In this document: positions 19,542-29,209 of the stretch, in pieces | Layout: each line of letters starts with the position of its first letter | Numbering within the stretch: position 1 is the stretch's first letter | NCBI GenBank assembly: GCA_963818475.1 | Contig: CAWFSF010000006.1 | Location: forward strand, 1,696,001 to 1,760,000 | Direction of reading: 5' to 3' | Origin: Nitrospirota bacterium | GTDB taxonomy: Bacteria > Nitrospirota > UBA9217 | Length of the DNA stretch: 64,000 nucleotides | Program-made: the position numbers and the translations under genes | The notes under the pieces: generated by a model | Told to the model about the DNA's origin: nothing | Database searches by the model: none | The model's input: only the letters and a program-made list of their open reading frames with translations

Positions 19542-21084
19542 GAAGCAAAGCATATACGTTCATCCATACCTACAACGCTACGCACGATAATGGGAACGAA
19601 TACACCATCACGGTCAAGCCGAAAGACCTGGTCAAGATCGCGAAACACGTTCACCGTGATCTGCGCGGCGTGGTGAGCTCGGTGTTCTGCACGCAGGAGA
19701 CAGAACGGATACACGCTGGTGCTGGTCTTCTCGATCCGGGCCTCGGGGCTGTTCGTCATTCTACGGTGCCATTCCGATGCTCCCCAATTCCCGGCAATCT
19801 CGCCCATCGATGCACGCGGCAGCCTGGTTCGAGCGGGAGATCCAGGACCTCTTCGGCGTCACCATGGAAGGCCATCTCGATCCGCGTCCGCTCATGCTGT
19901 TCCCGGAAAACTGGCCTGCCGGCATGCACCCGCTTCGCAAGGACTATCCCGCAGGCCAACGGCCGACGGTGCAGACCGCGAAATTCGCGTATCAGCGCGT
20001 GGAAGGCGAGGGAGTGTACGAGATCCCCGTGGGACCGGTGCATGCGGGCGTGATCGAACCGGGCCATTTCCGGTTCTCCGTGGCCGGCGAGCCGATCATC
20101 AAGCTTGAAGCGCGGCTCTTCTGGAAGCATAAAGGGATCGAAAAACAGTTCGAGGGCAAAGACCCCCTGGCCATGGTTGCGCTCGCCGAGCGGATCTCGG
20201 GCGACGAGTCCTTCAGCCACGCCTTTGCCTATGTCCATGCTGTTGAACGGATCTGCGGCGTCTCCGTCCCCTTGCGGGCCGAGTATCTGCGAGGCATCGC
20301 GGCGGAGCTGGAGCGGGTGTCCATGCATCTCTTCGACATCGGCAACATCTGCGTCGGTACCGCGTTCAACTTCGGGGCAGCAACCCTCTGGCGTCAGAAG
20401 GAATCGCTCATGCGCGAGTGCGAACGGTTGTTCGGCAGCCGCTTCCTGCGCAACGTGGTCCGCCCCGGCGGTGTGGCCAGGGACGTTTCAAGCGGCGATC
20501 TTACTTCCCTGAACAAGCTTCTGGCCCGCATCCTTGTCGAGGCGGAGTCCATCATCAAGATCATGCAGTCCAGCTCCTCGATCCTGGACCGGCTCAGGAC
20601 CACGGCGCCGCTCCGTCGCGAAGAGGCCCTGGATTTCGGCACTGTCGGCGTGGTTGCGCGCGGCTCGGGCATCGGCTTCGACGCGCGGTTCCATATTCCC
20701 TATTCCGTGTACCGCATTCACCGGCCGAACGTAGTGGTCGAAACAGATGGGGATGTGCAGGCGCGGATCATGGTGCGCGTGGGCGAACTGCGGGAATCCA
20801 TCCGGTATATCGGCGAGCTGATCGCCGCCATCCCCGACGGCCCGGTTGCCGCCCCGGTGACCGGGGTTGACGATGGCGGCGCGCTGGGCTGGGCTGAGAC
20901 CCCGCGCGGCATGGTGCTGTTCTGGGTGGAGACGCGGGAAGGAAAGCTCGGGCGCGTAAAGATCACGTCGCCGTCGTTCCTGAACTGGCACGCCATGCCC
21001 CAGGCCATTTCAGGCATGATCGTCCCCGACTTCCCGCTGCTGAATAAGAGCTTCGGCCTTTCCTATTCCGGGTGCGACGGGTGA
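19538..21084 (+). CDS. ehrL: Ehr large subunit lacking NiFe cysteines, cluster C; frameshifts at about 19700-19810
   Basis: WFEREI, GPVHAGVIEPGHFRF, ERISGDE (no Cys), ETPRG and PDFPLLNKSFGLSYSGCD motifs. Confidence 0.87.
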
Positions 21085-21112
21085 AGGAAGCAAGTCAGAT
21101 TCAGATGCATTT

Positions 21113-21223
21113 TCTCGCGGAGACGCGGAGACGCAGAGAAGTCAACGGCTTGAAACAAAGGATAAGAAATTGACCTTCTTTTATTTAAGGATTTCCTTGG
21201 CAACCTTTGCGCCTTTGCGAGAG
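21113..21223. repeat. 9-mer-unit palindrome
   Basis: TCTCGCGGAGACGCGGAGACGCAGAG...CTTTGCGCCTTTGCGAGA. Confidence 0.7.
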
Positions 21224-21243
21224 ACGCCTTGCTTTTGACCTTA

Positions 21244-22655
21244 TGTACTCCCAAAATGATAATGTCCTATTCTCCCAAAGTAGAAATGTCCTATTCTAAG
21301 TTACAATACCCTGATGTAATTGGAGGGTACTGTGACAGAAATGGACATGATCACTATGAGCAGGAGAGAAACAAAAAGACTGCACATTATCCACCAAGCA
21401 TTGGATAAAAGGATCACGCAGAAGACAGCTGCTGAACTTGTAGGCTTGAGCAGCAGGCAGATTCGACGGATACTCAAACGAGTACGGAAGGAGGGAGACG
21501 ACGGCATCAGTCACCGATCCCGCGGCAAAACCTCGAATCGTCGATTCCCTCAGAAGGTAAAAGACAAGGCACTCAAGCTGTATCGGGAGAAATACAGTGA
21601 TTTTGGCCCCACCTTTGCCTGCGAGAAGCTTCTTGATGTTCATGAAATCAAGCTAAGCGACGAAAAACCCTCCGTCTATGGCTTAATCAGGAAAGCATCC
21701 CTTACGAGAAGCGCAAGGGTAGAAAGCACCGGCAATGGCGCGAGAGGAAGCATCATTTTGGTGAACTGCTCCAGATGGATGGCTCCCATCATGCCTGGTT
21801 CGAAGGCCGGGGCCCTGAGAGCGTATTAATGGGATATATCGATGATGCCACAGGAACGGTGTATGGGCGCTTTTATGATTATGAGGGGACCATGCCAGCC
21901 ATGGACAGCTTCAAGCGGTATATCAAGCGCTACGGCATTCCACAGAGTGTCTATTTGGACAAGCACTCAACGTATAAATCCAATGCCAAGCAGAGCATCG
22001 AGGATGAGTTGGAAGATAGAAAACCCATGAGCCAGTTCGAAAGGAGTCTAACCGAACTCGGGGTAACGGTCATCCATGCGAATTCACCCCAGGCAAAAGG
22101 CAGGATAGAAAGAAGTTTTCGAACGCTCCAGGATCGATTGGTTAAAGAGATGAGGCTTGCCAGGGTAAACAGTGTTGTGCAGGCAAACGAATTCCTGATA
22201 AAGTATCATCCAATATACAATACGAAATTCAAAGTAAAACCCGTTTCTGCAGCCGATGTACACCAACGCGCGCTATCCATAAGGGAACTCGACAAGATCT
22301 TCTGCATTCGAGAGGAGCGTACGCTACGGAACGATTTCACCATTGCGTATAATGGCAAACTCTACCAGATCAAAGACGCCATAAAAACCCAAAAGGTTGC
22401 GGTAGAAGAACGACTCGATGGGTCTCTGCATATCACTCACAGGGGCTTGGAATTAACATACCGGGAGATCAAAACACGGCCAACGAAAGAAAACCCTAAA
22501 ACACCGGCAGTCAATAAGAAACCGACAAGTCGGTATCAACCATCAGATCATCCATGGAAGAGACTCCGCAGAGCAAATGTACAATTTCCAATTGCTTCCT
22601 AAAAGCGGACATTTCTATCTTGGTAAGAGTAGGACATTTCTACTTTGGGTTGACA
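21244..22655 (+). mobile_element. IS1202-family (formerly ISNCY) insertion sequence, 1412 bp, with a 16-bp target duplication
   Basis: TGT...ACA ends; tandem terminal repeats (CCCAAAGTAGAAATGTCCT and its inverse); direct repeat CTTGCTTTTGACCTTA at 21228-21243 and 22656-22671. Confidence 0.92.
21341..22602 (+). CDS. DDE transposase (HTH plus rve-like core); frameshift near 21665
   Basis: AAELVGLSSRQIRR, FGPT, QMDGSHHAW, IDDATG, YLDKHS and PQAKGRIERSFRTLQDRL motifs. Confidence 0.9.
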
Positions 22656-22696
22656 CTTGCTTTTGACCTTAATAGCTACAAAGGACTAACCATTAT

Positions 22697-23497
22697 ATGT
22701 TCGCGATCATCAAAAAATACCTGACCACCCCGGCGACGACGGAGTCGCTCCGGAACCTTCTCGCCGACGCCGAGGCCCGCAGGATCGAAGTCCCCCGGCT
22801 CGATCCCGCTCAATGCACCGGCTGCGGCGCCTGCGTTGCCGCCTGCCCCACGAAAGCGCTGGAATTGAATACCGCCGAATTCCTCGTACGCGGGGAACTC
22901 TGCATCCGGTGCGGAAGGTGTCTCACGGCTTGTACGCCAGGCGCGCTGGCCTATGCTTTCCGTCTGCCCGTTGCAGCGCGGGACAAGACCGCGTTCCTGC
23001 AGCGACATCGGCGCGAAGGAGGGAAATTCCTTCCCGCGGAACAGAACACCGAAAACCCGGTGATCAATCCCGATGCGAAGAGCCTGCGCTCGCTGCTCCG
23101 CCGTTCCTTCCAGTTCCGCGAGCTCGATTCGGGCTCCTGCAATGCCTGCGAGGTCGAGGTGAATATGACGACCGCGCCGCAGTACGATCTCGAGCGCTTC
23201 GGCATCGGCTCCACCGCCTCTCCCCGGTTCGCCGACGGCGTCCTGATCACCGGCCCGGTCACGCGGAACATGAAGCTCGCCTGCGAGAGGACCTATGCGG
23301 CGATCCCCGCTCCCAAGATCGTGATCGCCATGGGGAGCTGCGCCATTTCCGGAGGGATCTTTTGCGGCAACTACGCCGTTCTGGACGGCGCCGAAAACGT
23401 CATGCCCGTGGACGTCTTCATTCCCGGCTGCCCGCCCTCGCCCCAGGCCCTGATCCACGGCCTGCTCCTGGCCTCCAACGCATTGCCCAAGCGATGA
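22697..23497 (+). CDS. ehrS: Ehr small subunit with an N-terminal 2x[4Fe-4S] ferredoxin domain, cluster C
   Basis: CTGCGACVAACP and CIRCGRCLTAC followed by DSGSCNACE, SPRFAD, GSCA and PGCPP. Confidence 0.9.
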   Translation: MFAIIKKYLTTPATTESLRNLLADAEARRIEVPRLDPAQCTGCGACVAACPTKALELNTAEFLVRGELCIRCGRCLTACTPGALAYAFRLPVAARDKTAFLQRHRREGGKFLPAEQNTENPVINPDAKSLRSLLRRSFQFRELDSGSCNACEVEVNMTTAPQYDLERFGIGSTASPRFADGVLITGPVTRNMKLACERTYAAIPAPKIVIAMGSCAISGGIFCGNYAVLDGAENVMPVDVFIPGCPPSPQALIHGLLLASNALPKR

Positions 23498-23516
23498 CAC
23501 CTAACCCAAAAGGCAT

Positions 23517-23951
23517 CTCTCGCAAAGCTCGCAAAGGGAACCTTGTATCCATAACTCTTTATTCATGATTCGTCATCCCCGTGGAAACGGGGATCCAGTA
23601 AAGCAAACCTTTTTTAACCGCTAATGTACGCGAATGAACGCTAATCAAAAAAGAGTACTTATTACTTTATTCGCGTTAATTAGCGTTAATCAGCGGTTCC
23701 TTCGGTTTTGACACCGTAATAAGTATCCCAGGCAAATAGACACAAAAGGGTTAAAGAAATCCTTAGTTTTTTAATGCCGCACTTTTGAGCTTTCTGTGCA
23801 TTTTGTGGCAATTTTCATTTTTTACAACTTCATCAGCCTTAAAAATCCTGGATTCCCGCCTGCGCGGGAACGACGGACTGGGGAAATGGCCTTTTAAAAC
23901 CAAGCCGCTTTTTTTTGGGTTTCCTTTGCGACCTTTGCGTGCTTTGCGAGA
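23517..23951. repeat. nested stack of inverted-repeat elements
   Basis: Outer CGCAAAG arms; an ATCCCC/ATTCCCGC hairpin pair at 23571-23598 and 23848-23875; inner palindromes at 23616-23698 and about 23731-23809. Confidence 0.75.
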
Positions 23952-24001
23952 AAATATCCTTGCCCTTTTAATCAGAATATGTTTTTCTAATATCCAATCC
24001 T

Positions 24002-25900
24002 ATGCCAATTAAAATACTCCTCATCACGCCGCCCTTCACCCAGCTCAACACCCCCTATCCTGCTTCGCCTTATTTGAAAGGATTTCTGAAGCACCATGGC
24101 TATGATGTATTTCAAGCCGACCTGAGCATCGAAGTAATGAATGCCCTTTTCTCGCAAAAAGGATTTCAAAAACTCTTCGACCACCTTTCGAGCGGCAATA
24201 AACAGCTCTCCCAAAATTCGGACCGCATCCTGAACAATAAAGATTACTATATCCAGACCGTGAACCAGGTCATGAATTTCCTGCAATACAAGGACACAAC
24301 GCTTGCACAGCGCATATGCTCTGATCATTTTCTGCCAAGGGCATCACGATTTGACCAGCTGCCTGATCTGGAATGGTCTTTTGGAAGCGTCGGAGTGAAC
24401 GACAAGGCCCGGTTCCTGGCAACTCTGTATATCGAAGATGTGGGAGATCTGATAAAAGAAGGCATAACTCCGTATTTCGGCTTCAGCCGCTATGCCGAAA
24501 AGCTGGGAATGTCCGCTCATTCTTTTGATCCGATCGACCAGGCTTTGCAACAGCCGGAGAATATCATCGAGACCTGGATGCTCGAATTATTGAAGACACA
24601 TATCGAAGAGCAGCGTCCTGATGTTGTGGGGCTGACCATTCCCTTTCCCGGGAATCTCTATGCCGCGCTCAAATGCGGACAATATGTCAAGCGGAACTAT
24701 CCTCACATCAAAGTTATCGCCGGCGGCGGTTATGTGAACACGGAACTGCGTGAGCTTTCCGAGCCTACGGTATTCAACTATGTTGACTTTATTACGCTGG
24801 ATGACGGCGAACGCCCGTTGCTGGATATTCTGGAGGTTATTGGAGGCAAACGGAAGTCCGGAGAGTTCACCAGAACGTTTACGAGAATTGGCAGTGATGT
24901 TAAATATGTGAACCGTGAAGAGGAAGCGTGTATCTCGCATAAGGACATCGGAACTCCGGACTACTCGGACCTGCCTCTCGACAAATACCTGTCACTCATC
25001 GATCTTGCCAACCCCATGCACCGCCTCTGGAGCGACGGGCGCTGGAACAAGATTACGATAGCGCATGGATGTTACTGGCATAAATGCTCGTTCTGCGACA
25101 CTACCCTCGACTATATCAATCGCTTTGACAGCGCCTCGGCCACCGTGCTGGTCGACAGGATCGAGCGCATCATCGCCCAGACAGGCCAGACCGGCTTTCA
25201 TTTTGTCGACGAGGCTGCTCCGCCTGCGGCTTTGAAAGAACTGGCCTTAGAGCTCTTGAGAAGAAAGATCAGCATTTCCTGGTGGACCAATATCCGCTTT
25301 GAACAAGCTTTTACCGAGGACCTCTGCAGGCTGCTCGCGACATCAGGCTGCATTGCCGTCACCGGCGGCTTGGAAACAGCCTCTGACAGGCTGTTGAAGC
25401 TGATGAACAAAGGCGTGACCGTTCGCCAGGCAGCCCAGGTATGCAGCAACTTAAGCAACGCCGGCATCATGGTGCATGCCTACCTCATGTACGGTTTCCC
25501 GACGCAAACTGCACAGGAGACCGTTGATTCCCTTGAGATCGTACGGCAGTTGTTCGACCAGGGGCTCATCCAATCCGCGTTCTGGCACCAGTTCACCGCC
25601 ACTGTTCACAGCGACGTTGGGATAAATCCGGAGAAATATCATGTGCAAGATCATCGAGCCGCCTGCCGGCAGGTTTGCAAAAAATGACCTGCAGCATGAA
25701 GATCCCACGCGGGTGCGACCATCAGGCCTTTACGCAGGGCCTGAACAAAGCGGTTTACAACTTCATGCACGGCATCGGCACGGATCATCCGGTTGCTGAA
25801 TGGTTTCGACTTCAAAGTGCCGGCAATATCGGTCAATCGGAATTACGTGAGACGGGCGGCAAAACAGCATCTGGCACCTTACAAAAACAAAAAAGGACGA
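24002..25900 (+). CDS. B12-binding-domain radical SAM protein; frameshifts after about 25645, 3' end approximate
   Basis: GCYWHKCSFC (CxxxCxxC), FVDEA, GGLE and YLMYGFP motifs. Confidence 0.85.
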
Positions 25901-25957
25901 CCTTCCGGCCGCCCTTGATGATCGTTACACTTCTATTTTGGTTTGTAGGTCAGTTTT

Positions 25958-26026
25958 GTAGGGCGGGTAGAGCAAAGCGAAACCCGACAAATGCCATTGG
26001 GTTGCGCAGACGCTTAACCCAAACTA
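25958..26026. repeat. GTAG-type REP doublet
   Basis: Close to the reverse complement of 365-433. Confidence 0.72.
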
Positions 26027-26242
26027 AATTTGAAAAAGCTAAACCCGTATTTGCATATTAGTTTTATTTGGCACATATTCCATTTATCGGACATTAGTCT
26101 TTTGCTCAAATCTCAATGATTTAACCAGGATGCGTCACTATATTTCTTAAATTCATTGACCACTTTTCGAATCCGTGCTACTGTATTTCGGTACCGATAA
26201 TACCTGGTTAGGCTGAAATTTGAAATTCTGAAAAGGCTGAGC

Positions 26243-26831
26243 ATGAAAGTAAAAGGCTGCCCATTTTGCGACGAAAATCTTATCTCAACGAAAGTAAAAT
26301 TTGATACTGGAAATGAAATACCGTGTAACAGATTGATTTACGAAAATGAGTCTTGTTATGCAGTATTAAAACCAGAGCAGCACTCTCATGGTGAGGCTCT
26401 GATTATTTTGAAAGTAACATGTCAGAGACATCACTGATAACATCCAGCCAGATCTATTATCAAAATTTATAATTACAACGCAAAGGATAGCTCAGGCGAT
26501 GAAGTGCTGCTTAATTAATGAGCATAACGAAAAGCCTGAAAAAATTTATACATCAACTTTATGCGATGGGATACAGCATTTGCACTTTCATTTAATACCG
26601 AGATATCCTTTTACTGAAACAGATCGTAATACATTTAGGAGAATATTCTTAAAGCGCGATGGAAAAGAAAAGGTCCAAAATGCTCTCGATATTAATGAGC
26701 TTGGGGGATATTGGTATGTCGCAGAAAGAGAAGCAAATCACAAGAATTCAGAGTATTGGCGACTTCCAAACAAAAATAAGGCAACAATATTGGAATGTTT
26801 AGCCAGTTGTATGCGTACAAAAATATGCTAA
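26243..26831 (+). CDS. HIT-family protein; frameshift near 26414
   Basis: CPFC at the N-terminus, IYENE, and the histidine triad QHLHFHLIPRY. Confidence 0.8.
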
Positions 26832-26837
26832 TACATT

Positions 26838-26890
26838 GTCTATCCATCGCGTGGACTCGGACGCGGGATAGATCGCCGCGCGCCGCTGTC
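26838..26890 (+). other. degenerate or truncated attC-like site
   Basis: GC-rich patch right after the HIT stop, resembling the left half of the other attC sites; no intact AAC or GTT core. Confidence 0.35.
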
Positions 26891-26911
26891 CATATGGAAA
26901 GGGAAAATAGC

Positions 26912-27994
26912 ATGATGAACAATAGACATCGTTTTTGTGCTTTGATCACTCTTATTTTTATAATTAGCTGCAGCAGTGCATTTGCTAGGGACGACATGTA
27001 CTCAAGTGAGCAAAACTGGAGTTTCTATCTTGATAGTTGCAAAACCCTCGATAACGAATTAGATGAAGTTAAGAAACAGATGGAATCTGGGTCGGACGTT
27101 GTTTTTATAAGCTCCATTAAATTTCATTTGAAAAGGATGGCTAATTCACTTAAAGCTGTTGATCAAAAAGATATAATTCTTCAGGAAAAGCAAATGTGTG
27201 ACGATAAGGTAAAAGCATCAAAAATAATTATCGCACAAGGAGAGGAATACGAAAAGAAAATCGCTAATAAGGAACAGCAAGAAATTCGCGGTGAACATGA
27301 GAAGTCGCCCAATTATAGAAAGGCAAAAGGACTGGGATTGACCGACTATGAACATATTTCTCAGATAAAGGTTGTTATTGAAAAACTCGGCTTGGAAAAA
27401 GCCAAGAAATATTTATATATCGTAGGGTCAAATCCATTCATATATCGAATATCGCAAAAACATGGCAATTACGCTGTCTATTCAAGTGATAAACACGACT
27501 CTGTTACTAGCGGCCAAATTCTTGTGCTACCCTTGCAGGGCGAAATTGTAGAAAAGGGGGCCGCCTTGTCTGGTGATTATTACCGCCTACTTGATGTGGT
27601 TGAAGCTGCTGGCTTGGACGGATTTAAGAGAAAATTGCCTCTATTTCAGCGGTTCATATCAGACAATGAAAAAATCGGATACGGAAATCCGCCTGATGAT
27701 ATGTCTTGTCGTAAGATTATTGTTGGTAGCTGGTCATATCATAAGGTTTCGAGTGGTATAGACAAATTTGTCTTTAAAGCAAATGGAGCTCTTTCTGGAA
27801 CAACATATTCAGACGATGATCATAGAGGCGACAACTTTGTAGGAACATGGAGCATTAATAATCGAGTGTTAGAAATTAACATGGATTATCAAAATGGACG
27901 AACAACGACTATTACCGCTCGAATTATAAAGCTCACTCAGGATACATTAATAACACACATTGGTTATGAAATGTTATTTCACAAAAAGCCATAA
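26912..27994 (+). CDS. exported hypothetical protein, cassette-like, with a possible C-terminal lipocalin-like domain
   Basis: Signal peptide; low GC; IVGSW and FVGTW motifs; attC-like site 2 nt after the stop. Confidence 0.7.
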   Translation: MMNNRHRFCALITLIFIISCSSAFARDDMYSSEQNWSFYLDSCKTLDNELDEVKKQMESGSDVVFISSIKFHLKRMANSLKAVDQKDIILQEKQMCDDKVKASKIIIAQGEEYEKKIANKEQQEIRGEHEKSPNYRKAKGLGLTDYEHISQIKVVIEKLGLEKAKKYLYIVGSNPFIYRISQKHGNYAVYSSDKHDSVTSGQILVLPLQGEIVEKGAALSGDYYRLLDVVEAAGLDGFKRKLPLFQRFISDNEKIGYGNPPDDMSCRKIIVGSWSYHKVSSGIDKFVFKANGALSGTTYSDDDHRGDNFVGTWSINNRVLEINMDYQNGRTTTITARIIKLTQDTLITHIGYEMLFHKKP

Positions 27995-27996
27995 AA

Positions 27997-28055
27997 TACT
28001 AACCAGCCGGTCCACAGCGTCGCGCCGGAAGCGGCGCGTGACCGGCGTGTTCACC
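27997..28055 (+). other. integron attC-like recombination site
   Basis: TACTAAC...imperfect palindrome...GTTCACC, 59 bp (alternative core GTTAGAT at 28061); very similar to the reverse complement of 51648-51707. Confidence 0.72.
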
Positions 28056-28441
28056 TGCCCGTTAGATAAACAATAGTGAACATGCCGATCATGGAGAAGG
28101 GCAGCAGTGCTCATATGCACTTAGCCCAAACCGACGAACTGCAATTCAAAACTTTGAGCAGGCAAGACGGACTGGCGCTCAAACCTCAGGGCATCACCTT
28201 CTAAACGTCTGCACACTCAATTTGTCCTGCCATCCCTAACTACCAGCAGACCATCTCATCTGATACTTTAGACTGATAAATAAGAACTATCCGAAAACGC
28301 TCTCATCCGCCTTTACTGATGGTTTTATGAAGGGAGATTTATACGCTATACTATTTAGTATCGGTCTGCGCTGGTGCCGAATTAAAGTGGGCTTTAGGCA
28401 GATGATAGAAAATAATAGATGGGTAAGAAAAAGGGGAAATC

Positions 28442-29209
28442 ATGAATACCATGCCTGAAAAGAAACGCGGGCGCCGATTCATCGTGGCCGCAGGCAGCAG
28501 TGGCCGGAACATACTATCCCTCTCGCTGCTGCTCCAACGCTTTAACTACGAGGTTTTTATTGCAAACACGGCAGCACAGGCCTTCGAACGCATTTCAGCG
28601 GACCGGCCCGCCCTGGTCTTTACCGACCTTGCCCTGCCGGACATGGGTGGTATGGACTTTTTTATGAAGCTCCGGGAAAGCCGGGACGGGAAGTCCATTC
28701 CCGTGATCTTTATGGTCCCCCCGGGAGACGCGGCAGCGGAGCACCGTTGTATGGCTTACGGTGCAGCGGGCTGTATCACAAAGCCGGTACAGGCCGAAGA
28801 GCTGTATCGGGCGGTCCAGCATGTCATAGAACCAAAACCGCGCGCCAGCATGCGCATCGGCACCCGTATGCCGGTATCGGTTGACAACCTGCCGCTTGAC
28901 TGCGGCACAAAAGAGTGCAGCATAGACTTGTCTGAGCAAGGGATGCGGGTGCCGATAGACAAACCCTATCCCAGGAATAAGCAGGTCGTCATACAGCTTC
29001 ATATGAAAGAGAGGACCATCTCGGTTGAAGGCTCGGTACGGTATTACATTCCTGCTCATTCCGGGCCTTCAGACTCGCCTGCCATGGGGCTCATGTTCTC
29101 GAGTATTGCCCCCCAGGACAAGGAGTTCATCAGAAAGTTCGTACGCGATGAGGTCGTGAGGGACGTCAACGAAGCTCTGACATCACAATATCCCTCCGTC
29201 GTTGTTTAA
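28442..29209 (+). CDS. receiver (REC) plus PilZ domain protein
   Basis: LVFTDLALPDMGG and ITKP; PilZ motifs RASMR and DLSEQG. Confidence 0.85.
   Translation: MNTMPEKKRGRRFIVAAGSSGRNILSLSLLLQRFNYEVFIANTAAQAFERISADRPALVFTDLALPDMGGMDFFMKLRESRDGKSIPVIFMVPPGDAAAEHRCMAYGAAGCITKPVQAEELYRAVQHVIEPKPRASMRIGTRMPVSVDNLPLDCGTKECSIDLSEQGMRVPIDKPYPRNKQVVIQLHMKERTISVEGSVRYYIPAHSGPSDSPAMGLMFSSIAPQDKEFIRKFVRDEVVRDVNEALTSQYPSVVV

Noticed and set aside
21655-21675. Programmed -1 frameshift in the transposase at GAAAAAC
   Set aside because: This family normally encodes one ORF, and homopolymer errors are common in this assembly; it cannot be distinguished without reads.
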